From positions 186,001 to 250,000 of the forward strand of contig NC_087438.1 of assembly GCF_036321535.1 (NCBI RefSeq): 64,000 bases of DNA. Direction: 5' to 3'. Shown here piece after piece: positions 23,184-36,860 of this stretch. The stretch is from Camelus dromedarius. Taxonomy: Eukaryota. The position numbers were made by a program, and so were the translations under genes. The stretch's first letter is position 1. Every line of letters begins with the position of its first letter. The notes below the pieces were generated by a model. The model had not been told where the DNA came from. It did no database searches and was given only the letters and a program-made list of their open reading frames with translations.

Positions 23184-26100
23184 CACTGCACCTTCTTGGC
23201 TTCCTCAGCCCCGGGAGAGGGAGGGCAGCCTGCCTTCACCCCTGGCTCCCCCAGAGACCGCTGAGAGAGACCGGCGTCCCCAGGCGGTTCTGCCCGCTGT
23301 GTGCTCCAGCCAGGCCGTCACTTGCCAGCCCTTTCGAAGGGCCCCACCTTGGCCTTCATTTTCCTTCACGAAGCAGGAGCCCCAAACCCTTCTGCAACTG
23401 CGGGCCTCTGAGAGCCCCCCAGCCCCGTGTGGGAACTCTGATGCAGTTTAGGCTGCCTCTGGCCTCTGTCTGAATGTCCAGGGTCCTGGAGCCCCTCACC
23501 TGTGCCCCACTCTGCCCGGAGATGTGGACCCCTTGCTGGCAAAGTAGGTCTGCGTGTGCTGAGATGTCCCATGGAAAGGCCGTCTGTCCCTGAGGGGAGG
23601 CGGAGCACACAGGGCTCTGCGTCTGCTGAGTGGGGCTTGGCCCGGGGACATCCCTGCTCCCTGTGACACCTGCTGTGTCTGCCCCACACAGGCCCTGGGA
23701 GCACCGCAGGGTGGGGATGGGGGCTGAGCTTTGACGGCCCGGCCTGGCCTGTAGTTCACCCAGCACCCAGCCCAGGTCGGTGCCCCTCGTACGCTGTGCT
23801 CTTTCCCTTTGGACTGGGAGTGTGCCATCTGGGGGTCCATCACCCAGACCCCTGTGGCTGGAGGCACAAGCTTAGGAAACATTTCTGGAAAAGTAAGTTT
23901 GGAGGACAGCAGAGGACGGTGGGTGCCGTGGGGGAGGAACTCAGGTAGGTTACCAGGAGGGTTGTGCGGGCTGGTGGCCTTCTAGGAAGAGGCGGTAGGG
24001 AGGTGCAGCCTGCAGGCCTCACTGAGGCAGCCCCCTCATCGAGTCGTCTAAGGGCCCCTTGCTGCTGCGTTCCTGCATCTGAAGTGGGGCCTCGTCCGTG
24101 CCCCACCATGCTGGCACCAGGACTCTCGCCTGCCCCCTCTTCTCTGTGGGCAGTGACGAAGTCCCTGCGGGTCCTGCCTCTGAATCTCTGCAGCTGCCAA
24201 GGGTCCTGTGTTCCCCCATGTGTCCCACTGGCCCTATTCAGCCGGAATTTTGTTTGGGCCCTTCCAGTGCCCACAGTGTCCTGTCGCTCCCCAAAAGCAC
24301 CTGGCATTTCCTGGATTTTGGGGATGGCTGCCCGGGGACTTGGACCTCTGACGCACCCAGGAAAACCAGGACATCTTTGGATTGTGGGGTACTCTGTGTG
24401 ACGTGGGCTGGCTTGCTTCCCAGCCCCCACAGCGGCTTGAGCTGCTCAAGTTGAAAGTCAGTGCCAATGGCCAGTGGGGCCTCCGAGTGGGGTCATGGGC
24501 ACGCAGGTCCAGGTCAGCGTGGGCTCAGTGCCGGAGGCTGGGTCCTCGGGGCTTCAGGGAGACCAGGGGCTGTGGCCAGCTTTCTGACTTGGGGTGGAGG
24601 CCCCGTGCAGGCCTCTCACAGCCCCTCTTGTGTCCCTTTAGGGAGAGGGCTTCTGTCCCATGGGGGCCCTGCTGTGGGGATGCTGGGGAGGCCCCTGCGC
24701 CTCACCAGAGGAAAGCCCTGTGAGCGCTCAGCATCTCCCCACAGCCCTCTGTGGACCCTGCCCAGCCCCCACCGGAGCTGACACACAAGCTTGTTAGCCT
24801 AAGAGGTTATCTCTGAGATGAGGTCGCAGGAGTTTTGTTTTACTTTCCAGGTTTCCAAAGTCAGACTGAAAATGCATTGATTTTTTTAGGTAGGGAAAAC
24901 TCAAATGTGTAAAACAGCAAAGAAAATCATTTCAGCGCTGCTGTGGTCTTAGGTGGAATCCAGGCTCCTTGACCTAGAGACCCAAGTCCTGCTGGCTGCT
25001 GGGTAGACAGCGCGGGTTAATCAAACCACTGCCGAAAGCCCACTAGCTTCTCACGTGAGCGAACGACCACACAAACGCACACAGCCTGAAACGACCATGC
25101 CCACGTGCGCCTGGTGCGGCCCAGGGACCCGACTTTGGATAGGGCTGAAGGAGCAGCAGGAATTCTGTCTCATCAGAGACATGCACCTCTGGAAACAAAT
25201 GAAGTAGGGCTCACAAAAGCCCGGCTGGGGGGCCCGAGGTGGGGAGAGCCCCTCGAAGGGGTGACTAGGAGGCCTCTCAGACGGCCCAGCCTTCAGAAAC
25301 TCCGGACTCCAGCTCCTGGGGCTGTGTCTCCCCACACCCAGGCCCCATATCCATGCCCAGGGGCCTGCACAGTGACCTGTTTGGACAGCTCAGGCCAGGT
25401 TGGGGGCTGCCTAGCTGGGGCTGTCCATTCACCTTCCTCCCACAGACACTCCCACCTGCATCTGGGACTTTGGGAGGGGGGCGGGTCGTTTCCTCTCTGG
25501 TCACATCCTCAGGTCCAGCTCTGCCCAGCGAGGCCAGGGTTGGCGGTCTTGGAAAGGCTCTGGTTCTGCTGTTTCCAAGAGTTGGGGCAGCTGTGCGGGT
25601 GTCCACCTGAACACCTGGTTCTTCTTAACCAGAAGCAGAGTGACTTCCCCACTTCCCCACGGATCCCACCCCCACCCTGATGCAGACGCCCGGCAGGCCT
25701 GCTGAGCCCTGGGCTGCGGGAGGGCCGGCCCCGCCTGTCACGGCCCGGTGAGATAACGACCCTGGTTTCTCCATCACCCTCTCTTCCCGGGGATTCCCAA
25801 CTCTGCGACCCCTTCAAACTGTACAATTTAGGGAAAAGTCTAAAACATTTTCCTGAGTTAATTTCCTCTGTGAAGTCAGAAAAAAATCAAGCTATAAAAA
25901 TTGGATCTTAATCTGTGCTTCCTGACTCAGAAATGGATAAACTACTTTCATCAAAGCTTCCATAAAACGTCAGCCTTGAGAAGGACATGAGCTGGAAAGT
26001 TCCAACCTCCACGGGCAACAATGACCTGAAAATTTGCTTGTAATGTTTGTGTTAGTGTTGACTTTCATACATTTTTAAAAGGCAGTGGGCTTTTTAAATT

Positions 26101-26679
26101 AATTTGTTTGGTTTTTGCATCAAATGAGGGCTGGCACTTCTAAGCTGTAAAGAACTTCTGTTTGGTACAAGCAGAGGGATTTTCCACTCTTGCAAATCTC
26201 ACTGTCCAGAGCCCCAGTGCCTCCTTTGCAGGCCCAGTGGTCAGTCAGCTGGGCTGGCCCTCCCAGAGCAGAAGCCGGGAGACTCACTAGGTCTGAGGGA
26301 TAAGTGCCCAGAGTGGGGACCTGCATGCAGTGACCTGGTGCCCATGGTCCACCCAGGCCTGGCGTTAGTCAGTAAGCAAAACCAAGAAGGGAAGAGGAAG
26401 CTCCTGGGGGAACCTGGAGATGCCCCGTGGCAGCGGTGCTGCGCCCCGACCCCTTCACCGCGCTCGCCTGGGCTGGGGATCTGCTTCACCCCAGCTGGTG
26501 GGAAGGTCCAGAAGCCCTCGCTTCGTGAGCCATGTCCCAAGACCCCCTCCCAGGATGCTGTATTTGTTGCCATGTTAGAAGTGAAGGGCTCCTTGAGACT
26601 GTTAAAGATCTTGTGACCCGGCAGTGGAGTGTATGTGATTATTAAGCTAAATTGTACCAATTTTCAGCTTTCACTGAAG

Positions 26680-26760
26680 TTATCCTTCCCTGATGAGCCC
26701 TGTGATGGGCAGGTGTTGTCCCCACTGTGGCTAGACCGGAGACGGGGCCTCTAGGCTGTA
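26680..26760. mobile_element. Possible MIR SINE remnant
   Basis: agccctgtgatgggcaggtgttgtccccactgtggctagaccggagacggggcctctagg resembles the MIR core. Confidence 0.35.
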
Positions 26761-28429
26761 ATCAGGGTGGAAGGAGGTCCTGGAGGATCAGCGTCTGCAT
26801 AAGAAGAGGCCCCAGGCTCTGACTCTCTCTGTCCTGTGCGCACTGTCCCGGAGGCAGAGTCAGGAGGCGACTGTCTGCAGCCCGGAGAAGAGCCCTGGCT
26901 GGGAGCTGAGCTTGGGCGTCTGGCCTCCAGGCTGTGAGAAAGTAAGCGGGGTTTTGTCAGAGCAGTCGAGGGCCTAAGAGGCCCTGTGGCGAGGAGGGAG
27001 GTTTGGGGCCTGAGTGCCCTCTCTGCATGTGGAGCGTTCGGGGGATCCCTCCCCACTGGGGCTGTGAGGTGGACTGGCGCAGCGTTCACCTTCCAGCTGT
27101 TCAGCTGCTGCGGGAGCCCCTTCCCTCATCACTCTCACTTCCTGGAAGACAGCCTCCCCTCCCTGGGCCATTTCCAGCACAGACACACTTGTCCTGGGTC
27201 TTGTCAGGGCATTCAGAGCAGGGAGCCGGCCCTGCTGTGTGGACACCTGCCTCCTACCCCGGGCCCCAGGCAGAAAGATCGCCCTGGGTCATTTCGTGCT
27301 TGTTTTGTTTCTCCCATCATCTCTTAATTGCTTCCGAGTCTGGCCGGGGAGGGGAAGGCGCTTGGTTCCCTCACTTATTTGTCCACTCTGCTGGTACCAG
27401 CGTCCATCAAGGGCACATCTGCTCAAGGCCAACAAAAAGCAGCTTTGGTTTTTCCTCTTGCTGCCCCTGGATGGACTGGAACAGCCCCAGGCTTTTCTGG
27501 TACTTTCTGGGTAATTTAGCGTCTTCCAGGCACTGATACCAGTGTGATCAGCCTGGCCAAACAGTTAAAACTCTAAAAGCATTTCAAGTGTGAGCCTTCT
27601 GCCCGCCCGCAATGGTGTTCCAGCCGGTGGGGCCGGGGGTGCACTAGGCTGCTCCTCCCTGGGGTCCAGCCTCACTGGCAGCCTTCCTTCCTTAGCCTGG
27701 GTGTCATATGGTGCCTCTAGCCTCTTCTGAGGTGCCCTGGCTCCCTCGAGGACCTGGGACACCCCAGGCCAGCGTTTAGACACTGTGGTCCATTTGCTCC
27801 ACTGGAAATTAGCATATCTGACCCACCATGGTTGGCATGAGGTACTTCCCACGCTCAGCCCAACTTGGGTTTCTTGAGTGTAGAGACACACCAACCTCCA
27901 GTGCCCCAGCAGCCTCAGGAGGCACACGGCGGGCCCTTGAGGAGCCATCATGAAGCCCTTCTCACTGGGCACCAGGCAAGGAGGGACCCCCACCCCCTAC
28001 CCTCCTCCTGATGCACAGCACAGCCCTCCAAGGAAGCCCTCCTCCTGGCCTCAAGCACCTCTCACCTCTGGTGCTTCCTTTGCAGCCTTGCTGAGGTCAC
28101 TTGGGAGCTCACTTTGGGCCACAGGTGTAGTTGGCACCTGTCATCTTGGGTCCTTGGCTCAGATTCAGACGGAAAAGTTCCATATTAACAACCTGTTATA
28201 ATGCAAGTAAACAGAAGAGCTGCATGGTTCCCACCTCCTGGAATTTAGAGTCAAGTGGGGAAGATCTGCCACCAAACACACAGTCTCTTCCACTTTCAGC
28301 AGGCACAGTGGAGCGCAACCAGTCAGCCTTCCTACCATAGCACCCAAAATACAGGGTAGAAGCTCTGAAACCTTTCAAACGTACCGACCAGCCATCAGGA
28401 AACTAAGGAATACTCATAGACCAAAACTA

Positions 28430-30180
28430 AGTGCAGCTGAGAACCCAAAGAGAACTTATTAAAGGAAATTGTCAAGGATGTACTTCATGCAGAGGAAAGA
28501 GAAGATTTAGCTTGCAAGAAGGAATGAGGGAGAAGGTGGTGACTATATGTGTCAATCAAGGTAAACATTGATTGTATAGATCAATAATAATGGCATATTG
28601 GAAGAACAAAAAAAAAAAAAAAGAAAGAAAGAAAAGAAGTTCCTAGCTCTGATAGCACATACATTTGAAGAGGCATGTTTGAGTTAAGATTCCAACAGTT
28701 CTTGTATTAATTAATTTTGGAAGTTGATGAGCTAATTCATAATAAAATTTCCGGGATAACCATCAAAACAAGAGAAAGGAGGTTTAACTTTGAAACTTGT
28801 GGAGAGAAAAAAGTGGAATGAGAAAATACAACCAGTCGAAAGAAAAACAGACAAGAAAAGAGAAAAAAGAAATGTGAAAGAGTGGATCAAATAAAAAGCA
28901 CAAAATGCCATGTGTCACTAGTTACAGCAAATGTAAATGGACTAAAGATGCCAACTAAAAGATAAGGGTTATTAGAGTGGATTACTCTGTTACTCTTTTG
29001 TTGACAAAAGGCACAAAAAGGTACAATGGAAAAAAACTACTAACTGAAAGAAATCTGATGAAGCTATACTAACGTAAAAAACTGATTTGGGGTGAAAAAC
29101 ATTACTGGAGATCATGAAAGAGTATCATTTAATAATTAGTCATGATGAAAATTTTTATTTCATCAAGCAAATAAAAATCTTAAATTTGTGTGCTTCTAAT
29201 AATATAACCTCAAAAATATAAAACATCAACAGGACTATAAGGAAAAACATATGAATTCATCATCAGAGAGAAAGATGTTAAACAGTTCTCTCAATATTTA
29301 ATACATCAAATAAATAAAATTAGTAAATATTATAGAAGATTTGAAGAATACAAAAATGGTTAATCTGATGGACGTACAAAAACACTACACTCTGAAACTC
29401 AGAATTCACATCTTTTCAAGCCCATGTGGAACTTGTAAATATACTGGAAACCTATTAGTCAATAAGCAAGTCTCAGTAACTCTCAAAAGACAAAATCATG
29501 AAGAACGTCTGATGAGCCCTCAAGGCAGCTAAGCTGGAAATCCATAAAAAAAGATGAATTGAAAACCCTTATATTTAGAAATAAAAACTTTTATAAATAA
29601 CGTAGATCAAAGAAGAAAACATGATAAAATTTAGAAAATATTTACAAATCAAAATACGTGGGATGCAGCTAATGCAATACTTAGAAATAAATAACCATTA
29701 GTGTTTATTTGTAAAAGAAAAAAGGCTGAAACTCAGTGAGCTAAGCATTATGTTTATTAATTTTGATAAAGAAAAGCAAAATAAATAAAAGGAGAGTCAA
29801 AGAAAGGAAATAGTAAAGGAGAAGATATTGGTGAAATAGAGGAGAAACATACAACAGAGTTCCTTTAAAATGATAAAACCGCAAAGGTCTGGTGAGACGA
29901 GCACAGGAAACAGCAAAAGGTATTAAGAATGTGACGGGAACACGATTGCAGAGGCTGCAGGTGTTTAACGATGAGCTTTTTGTGAACAAATTCACACCAA
30001 TAAACTTGAAAGCATAAATGAATAAGTGCCTAGAAACATAGCTTATTAAAACTGACTGGAGAAGAAATAGAAACCCTCAATAGTCACATGACTGTTGGAG
30101 TCAGTGGTTAAAATCCTTCCACGGAGAAGATCCAGGCCAAGATCGTTTTAAAGCAATTTCTACCAAATGCGAAAGGGAAG
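28430..30180 (+). mobile_element. Old A-rich L1 internal fragment (ORF1 end to ORF2 endonuclease region)
   Basis: Very A-rich block with aatgtaaatggactaaa, atcaaaatacgtgggatgcagctaa, gaagaaatagaaaccctcaatag. Confidence 0.8.
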
Positions 30181-30559
30181 ACTCAGTCTGTCTGTGCTGG
30201 ACCATGAGGTGTAGGATTGGAACTGGAGGCACTGGTGAACTCGCCACTGTGTGCTTCCTGGCGTTGTCCACTGACGGCTCCTCCCACCCCCACAGCAGGC
30301 AGCACAGCTCACACTCGGTTTCCAGACGAAAAGGAAGGGCGCTCTTTGGCCTCCTTCCAGAGTCAGAGCAGAGCAGAGACAAGAGCAGCTGCGATGGCGG
30401 TGCTGGAGAGCACTCCGTGCTCAGGCGAGATGGAGACGAGCCTGGGACACAGAGCTGGCCTGTGGGGACCCCCGGCCAGCTCTGGGGCAGTGTCAGCACT
30501 GAGGTGGGCAAGGGTGGTGATGGAGTACAAGCCAGCGAGTGAAACAGGATTCCATAAGT

Positions 30560-31180
30560 CCCCACTGATGTGAATGAATGAATGAACAAATCCAACCAGG
30601 AGAGGGGATTCCACACAGCTGACTGAAGAGAGAAGAGGCGGATTATAAAGTCACCAGTTGGTAACCACTGTACTAACAATTCAGGCAAGAAACGTCAGTG
30701 GACGCTAAAATTAGGGGTGGAAGCGGCATGAGAAAAGGAGTTTTTAAACTTGACCTGCCTCCCAACAAAATATGAATTAACTACAAAGGGAAAAACCATG
30801 GAGTAGGGAAACCCAGTGCACACCATCCTAGTGACCAAACGTGACCCCACCACTGTTCCTGGAAGAAACTGACCTCATGTGCCAGCCTGCAGGATGCGTG
30901 AGGAGGCGGCTCCCCTTTGTGATGGTCCCGCTGAACATCCTGGCACACCAACAAACCCAGGCTGAGGGGCAGCTGGCAAGATAGCTTGTCCTGTCATGAG
31001 TCGAGGAGAGACCAAGGAGCCTCTGGACAGAAGGAAGCAGAGCCTTGGGACTGACCTTGGCAGAGAGGAGGCTGTGGGACAGTCGGTGAGGCCCAGTGGA
31101 GTCTCTGGGCAGAGGGACCGGTTGTCGTTCTTGTAACTTTCCTGCAAGTTTGACAGTGTCTCAGAATAAAACACAAATGA
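30560..31180 (+). mobile_element. L1MC-like 3' region remnant
   Basis: aattaactacaaagggaaaa, gcagagccttgggactgacc, ttcttgtaactttcctgcaagtttgacagtgtctcagaataaaa. Confidence 0.55.
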
Positions 31181-34100
31181 ACAGAGAAAACTGCAAAACT
31201 GAGAAGTTGCTAAGGGTGTGAATGGAGGGAGCTCTGGAAGAGCTGGTGGGGAGAGGTGTGGGCAGGGCAGTGGTGGGCGGGGCGGAGGGGACAGCAGGGG
31301 GCAGGGCGCGGGAGGGGTGGGCGTGGCCGCTGGGCGGAGCCGCTGTCGGGAGAGCTTGGAGATACTTGAACATCTACAGGCACCGGGCATTTTCAGGGTC
31401 ACCTGGCACTTTCGGGCGCCAGCGCTTCTGCAAGAGGAGTGAGCACAGCGGTGTCTTCTCACAGCCACGTTTCCACCGACTGTTTCACAGACGGGGTGGC
31501 GTGGGGGTCAGGCGGGGAGCAGGCAGTGGGATGGAGAGCCGGGAGGGCTGGGAGGGGGCTCCTGGGGGCTGGTGACGACCCACTCACCTGCAGCCTTCTC
31601 ATGTCCGGCCCTGCTGGTCACTGTTCTCCTGGCGTTTGCTCAAAGTCACCCCCTGAGGAGGCTCCTCTAGCCGCATGGGTACCCTCTACCCGCTGCTGTC
31701 CTCAGTGCTGGGCTGTGTCCCCCGCGGTCTCCATGTGCGTGGCCGGGGGCTGAGGAGATGCGTGGCTGCATGGGAGAGTGAATGACCCTGGCTGCAGGAG
31801 GCCCCTGGTGCCTGGGCAGCCTGGGGCACTGAGACCGTCCACCTCCTAGTGCTCAGCTCACTGCCTGTGGGCGGTGGGCCAGGCAGGACCTGATCAGAAC
31901 AGATCACATGTGATTGATTTGTGAGTAAACTGGATGCTGGTGACTGACAGGCAGACAGGCTCCAAGTCCCTTGATGTGCAAACTCAAGGTTACATGCCTG
32001 GAGGCTTCTTTAAAGTCTACTTACAAATTCATAACTTACACGTGGATCAGACCCCATGACAGCCACACTGGGGGCTCCTCCCGAGCACAAGACCCCAGGC
32101 TTGCCCCCCCTGGAGCTGCCCCTACGACAGGCTGGGTGTGGCCCCTCGAGCTGCATCCACCTGGGGTCCCCAACTCGGTGTCACCGTGCTTATCGTGACA
32201 CCTGCTGCTGTGAGGTTGCTAAGGGAGGAACTTTTTTTTTTTGGTTTTGTCTGGCTTTACAAAATGTTTCTGCCCCTCAGCCCGACACTGGTGCACTTTC
32301 CTTCTGATTGTGGACACTTAACAGGAAGCCCGAATGGTCTACCTTGTCTACAACGAAGAGCACATGGGTCCAGAATGCATGTAAATAAGATCCCTTTTCC
32401 TTTTCTCCCTAATGAGCGCTTTCTGGTTGCATCTTGCTCTGCAACCTGAGGATTGAAGGAGACAGCGGTTTCCTCTGCAGGACGCCTGGTGGCATCACCA
32501 CGGAGCCCTGGGCTCCCAGCCCACCAGACCTTAGAGCAAGGTGAGAAGCACACTCCTGTGACCAGAGAACTGTGGGCGCAGCCGGTGCTGCCTCCCCACC
32601 GTCGGGGGCTGGGGAAACGCAGCTATCCTGGTGCTTTTTGAGCCACAGTGAAGTGTGAAACCTCTAAAGCTTGCCAGGTCATTTTGGAAAATAGGGAAGT
32701 TATTTCTGTAGAAAATCAACAAGTTGATGAACTACACATCTTGGGGTTGCCTCGTTTTCTAAATATCACCTCCGCACGAGGCGAGCATGCTGTGACGTTT
32801 CTTCTTGCCTGACTGAACCTGGGGCTTTGAAAGGCAGTTTTCATCCCTCTCCCCACGAGCCTGAAACGCAGGCTTTGGCAGGACGCACACCCTCACTCGC
32901 AGCCGCCTCCCTGGGAGGTTAGAGAAGAGCTTGCTGGTCTGGCTTCTGCAGTCTTATTCGCAAGTGCTTCCTCTCACCTTCCTGTGGGACACCCTAACCC
33001 TGGACCCATCAGTTCTCAGCAGCCCAAGTGCAGAGAACAACCTGTTTAGAAGGAGACTGAGAGCCCCGAGTTTCCTCTGCAAACACAGTTTGCAGCCGTC
33101 AGGAATCAGCAGGCAGAACTCTCTTCCAGCACGCAAGTCATGTCTGTCTTCCAAACGCAAAACAAGGAGTTTCTTTTTCAGTTCTTGAAAGTAAGGGGAG
33201 GAGAGCTTGAAAACTGTGGGGTGATCCATAAATTTGACGCCAAAATTGCAGAGGGGTTTGTAGGCACAGCTGGGGTGGGGAGCACAGGTCAGAGGCGAAG
33301 CACCAAGCCCTCCCCCTCCCTTCCCTGGAATGCCCTCCCACCACTCCCGCCCTCCTGCCAGGCTGGGTAGCTGAGTCCCCTCCACAGGCTGCCCTCCCTG
33401 CAAGGGACCCACAAATAGGCCCAGTCTTCGTGGAGAGAGTGGGTGTCGGGAGAGGTGAGCTGGGGCCCCGCAGGGCTCCTGTCAAGTCCAGGACAAATGT
33501 GGCTTCTGGGCCCCCAAGCATTGTCACCAAGGTCACCCGAAGGGGGCCTGGCAGTGGGAGCAGGGGTGAGTGGAGCCAGTTGACATCCTGGCCATTCCGG
33601 GTGGACAACCCTCCACGTGCTGGACCTCTCTGTCTCACAGGAGGGCAGGCCAGCCCCCGCTGGTGACAAGAGGGCCCACTAGAAGGTCATGCTCGCCTGG
33701 CCCCAGGCCCCGTCTGTGTGAAGGGGACGGCCGCCTGCAGCCCATGAGCGGCCAGTGCACAGCCGCCAGGGACCTGGCCCGCAGGTGACTCCCGTCTGTC
33801 GGCTCCTCTGCTCCAGGGTCAGGTTCTGGTGAGGACCTGCTTCTGGGCGGTCCTCGCACAGGGGAAGGGGCGAGGCAGCGCCCTGAGGTCTCTGATGACG
33901 GCACTAGTGCCATCCATGAGGCTCCTGCCCGCACGACCCAGAGGCCCCTCCTGGCACCATCACTGTGGGGATCAGGTTTCCACACAGGAATCTGGGGGAC
34001 ACGGGCGTGTGTCAACAGGCCACCTCTCGGGGTTGGTGCTGAGCTGGTGACAGTAAGATGCAGGGGTGGACCGTTAGGCCGTGTACCGGGCACCTGCCGC

Positions 34101-36134
34101 CCAGGCCCTACTCGGGGCTGGCAGGTGTGTGGCCCTCACAACAGCCCAGCCCCATCCTGCAGGGGCACTGATCCCTGCTCTGAGCTGTGCCCCTCTGCTA
34201 AGCAGACCTCTGAGGGGTCTGGGCTGGAAGTGGGCAGAAATGGGAGGCCTCCTGCTCCTTGGGGCCCCCGTAGAGCTCCAAGCTCATTTATGTCCCCTCC
34301 ACCCTGACCTCTGGGCACAGTGCAGAGGGGAGTAGGTGGTCACGCCAGCCGTCTCCAGAGGACAAGTGTGCATGTCGGCTCTGAATTGAGGGCCTAGGGG
34401 CCAGTTTGCTGCTGGAGCAGGGCTGGAAGTGGGTGGCCTAGGTGGCGTTGCCCAGAGCACGGAGGTCAGGACATAGTGCAGAGCCTGGGGTTCTCCACTC
34501 GACACTGAAATAGTGCCAGGTTTTACCAGGCATGTGTTCATCCAAAGCAGGGGCTGGACTGTGGACACAGACCTGTCTGCTCCAGGAGCTGCAGCTGGTC
34601 AGAATCGGGTTTCACCCAGCCTCCTGTGGTGCTCCTGGCTTCTCTCTCAGTCACCTGGGTAGCAGAAGTCCTGCACCCCAACCCCTGGACATCCCACATT
34701 CAGTGCATCCCACAAACTGGGCTCACTTGTCCTGTCCCCTGAGGAGTTGGCTTCACCTGAGCTGGGAGCAAAGTGGCTGCCACCTCCTGGGCATCACAGC
34801 ACCATCCAGAGGCAGAGACAGTGGCGTCTCCTGGTTCCTCTCCAGAACACTTGGCACCTCTCAATGGCTAGACCTCTGAGCAGCTGCTGGAGGGGCTGGG
34901 TCCCTGTGGCACATGGCTCGGCCCAGGTTGGCAACCTGCCCTGAGTCTCCTCTGTGTGAAGGACATGGAGGTCTCTTAGCAAGGAAGTCGGGTACCAGGT
35001 TGGGGCTGGCGGGGTGCGGTAGCTTCACTCTGAGCCCCGAAGGGAAGCGGCCTTTCCATTCTCACCCCACCCCTCATGGGTGTGTGAGTAGCGGATGCAC
35101 GGGGACAGCCACTGTCTCTGTGACAGTGCCTCAGATTCTGTCTGTTCCGAGCGGACCTTTCAGGGGTGCAGGAGTCAGTGAAGTGGGAGAAGGGTTAATT
35201 CTGCAGCCAGCTGGTGGATAGTTTAGACTGTACAGGGAGACCCTGCAGTATGGCTGAAGTTCAGGGAGGCGCTGAGGGCTGGGCCCAGGCGGGTCTCAGG
35301 GATCAGGCAGGAGCCTGTTCATTTTGGGGCGTGGGCAGCCCTGGCCATGCCTCCTCTTCTGCCTTGTGACCTGAGCTCTGTCTGCAGAGCCAGTGCCCAA
35401 AGCCAGCCCCAAGCTCTGCCCAGGGCAAGGACAGCTGTGGTGGGGCCAGGGGTCTTGGCAGCCCCCCACCTCCCACTGCCACTCAGAAGCCAGCTGGGCG
35501 GGAAAAGGGCTGGCCGCCCGCAGGGTGTGGCTGGTGGGATATAGGTGCTGGCGGAAGCCCATCTCACCTGGCGTGGCCCCATTCTGGGGACAGCACAGGG
35601 TCAGCGGGTGGGGGCAGCAGCTCGCCGGGGCATGAGGCCCTTGGACACGGACGGGCATCTGCTTGCCTGGCTGGACCAGAGCTAATTCCTTGAGCTCTGG
35701 GCCTTCGGGGCCCTCTTACCCCTGGAATGCCCCTCCTCTCCAGGCCTTGGGGGCCCCTTTCTCTCTACACTTTTGCAAACTCCCTGATGGACACCCCTGC
35801 ACCTGCTCCCTGCCAGCTTCTCTCCCTGGCCTGTTAACCATGGGCAACCAGGTGCAGATGGTGGGGGGCCGGGGGCTGAGACGGTGGGCTTGCCCCTTGT
35901 CGCAGTGGAGTCCAGGCGGAGAAGCGGTGGGGCTGGGCTCTCTCTCCAGAGGCCTCCTCCACACACAGCCCCCGCCTCCCCACCAGCTCCCCACTCAGGG
36001 GGGCTAGACCCTCTTCCAAGTCAGATCCTCAGGTGACACCCGTGGTCACAGGGAAAGGAGAGAAAGGGTGAGATGCGGTAACAGACCCTGGTGACTGGGC
36101 AGAGCTGAGGCCAGACGGCGCTGCGGGGAGCAGC

Positions 36135-36420
36135 AGGCTGCTTCCCCCATCCCTGGGGCTGTTCCCCTCCAGCTGCCTCCCCACTGGGTGTTTCCCACAC
36201 CCTCCTGCTCCCCCAGCTGAGCTGCTCCCACCCCACTGCTCCCCCTCCACTGGGCTGCTCCCACCGCCCCTCCTCCCTTGCTGCTCCCACGCTGCCAGCG
36301 CTGCTCCCCCAACACTGGGCTGTCCCCATCCCCCCACTACTCTGCTCACCCTCCCTGCTGCTCCTCCCCCTTCTGCCTGGCTGTCTCCCCTACTCCAGGC
36401 TGCTCCCCCTCCCTCCCTCC
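36135..36420 (+). repeat. Degenerate C-rich low-complexity repeat with recurring CTGCTCCCC
   Basis: More than 10 variants of (g)ctgctcccc, with strong C skew on +. Confidence 0.75.
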
Positions 36421-36708
36421 ATTCTGTGCCATTGCCACAGTCCACCTGTGAGAAGATTGACACCCCCCAAGCCCGCGAGCCCTGGCTGTGACCCCCACCC
36501 CCACTGGAGTTGTTGCCTTGTGTCAACTTCCTTGCACCCCTGAACTGGGCGACCTGGAAGGAGGTGGGGCAGGGCTGTCACTCAGATGGGTTTTCAGGAA
36601 GGCTGCCCCCCACCCTGGCTGGGCCTGCAGGACAGCCTCCGAATCACATTCGGTTTCTTCTTGTCTCACCACAGGCCTGGGGGTGGGGCGCGCTGGCGGC
36701 CCTGCTTG

Positions 36709-36860
36709 CACGCGAGGCCCTGGCCGGGGTCCAGGCTGCTGTCACTGCTGTGCTGACGCCCCATCGCGTGACAGGAGCCCGAGGAGGCCCTGCCGGGCGT
36801 GCCCTGCGGAATGTGGCTGCGGAGGAGGGAAGTGGGGGTGCCTGGCCGGGGCGCACGCGA
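36709..36860. promoter_or_regulatory. Intron-3 XRE cluster (candidate AHR-responsive enhancer)
   Basis: CACGCGA 36709-36715, TCGCGTG 36764-36770, GCGTG 36797-36801 and CACGCGA 36854-36860 in a CpG-rich patch. Confidence 0.7.

Noticed and set aside
28430..30180. AT-rich island as foreign DNA or a NUMT
   Set aside because: Its motifs match sense-strand L1 internal sequence; no mitochondrial gene text was recognised.
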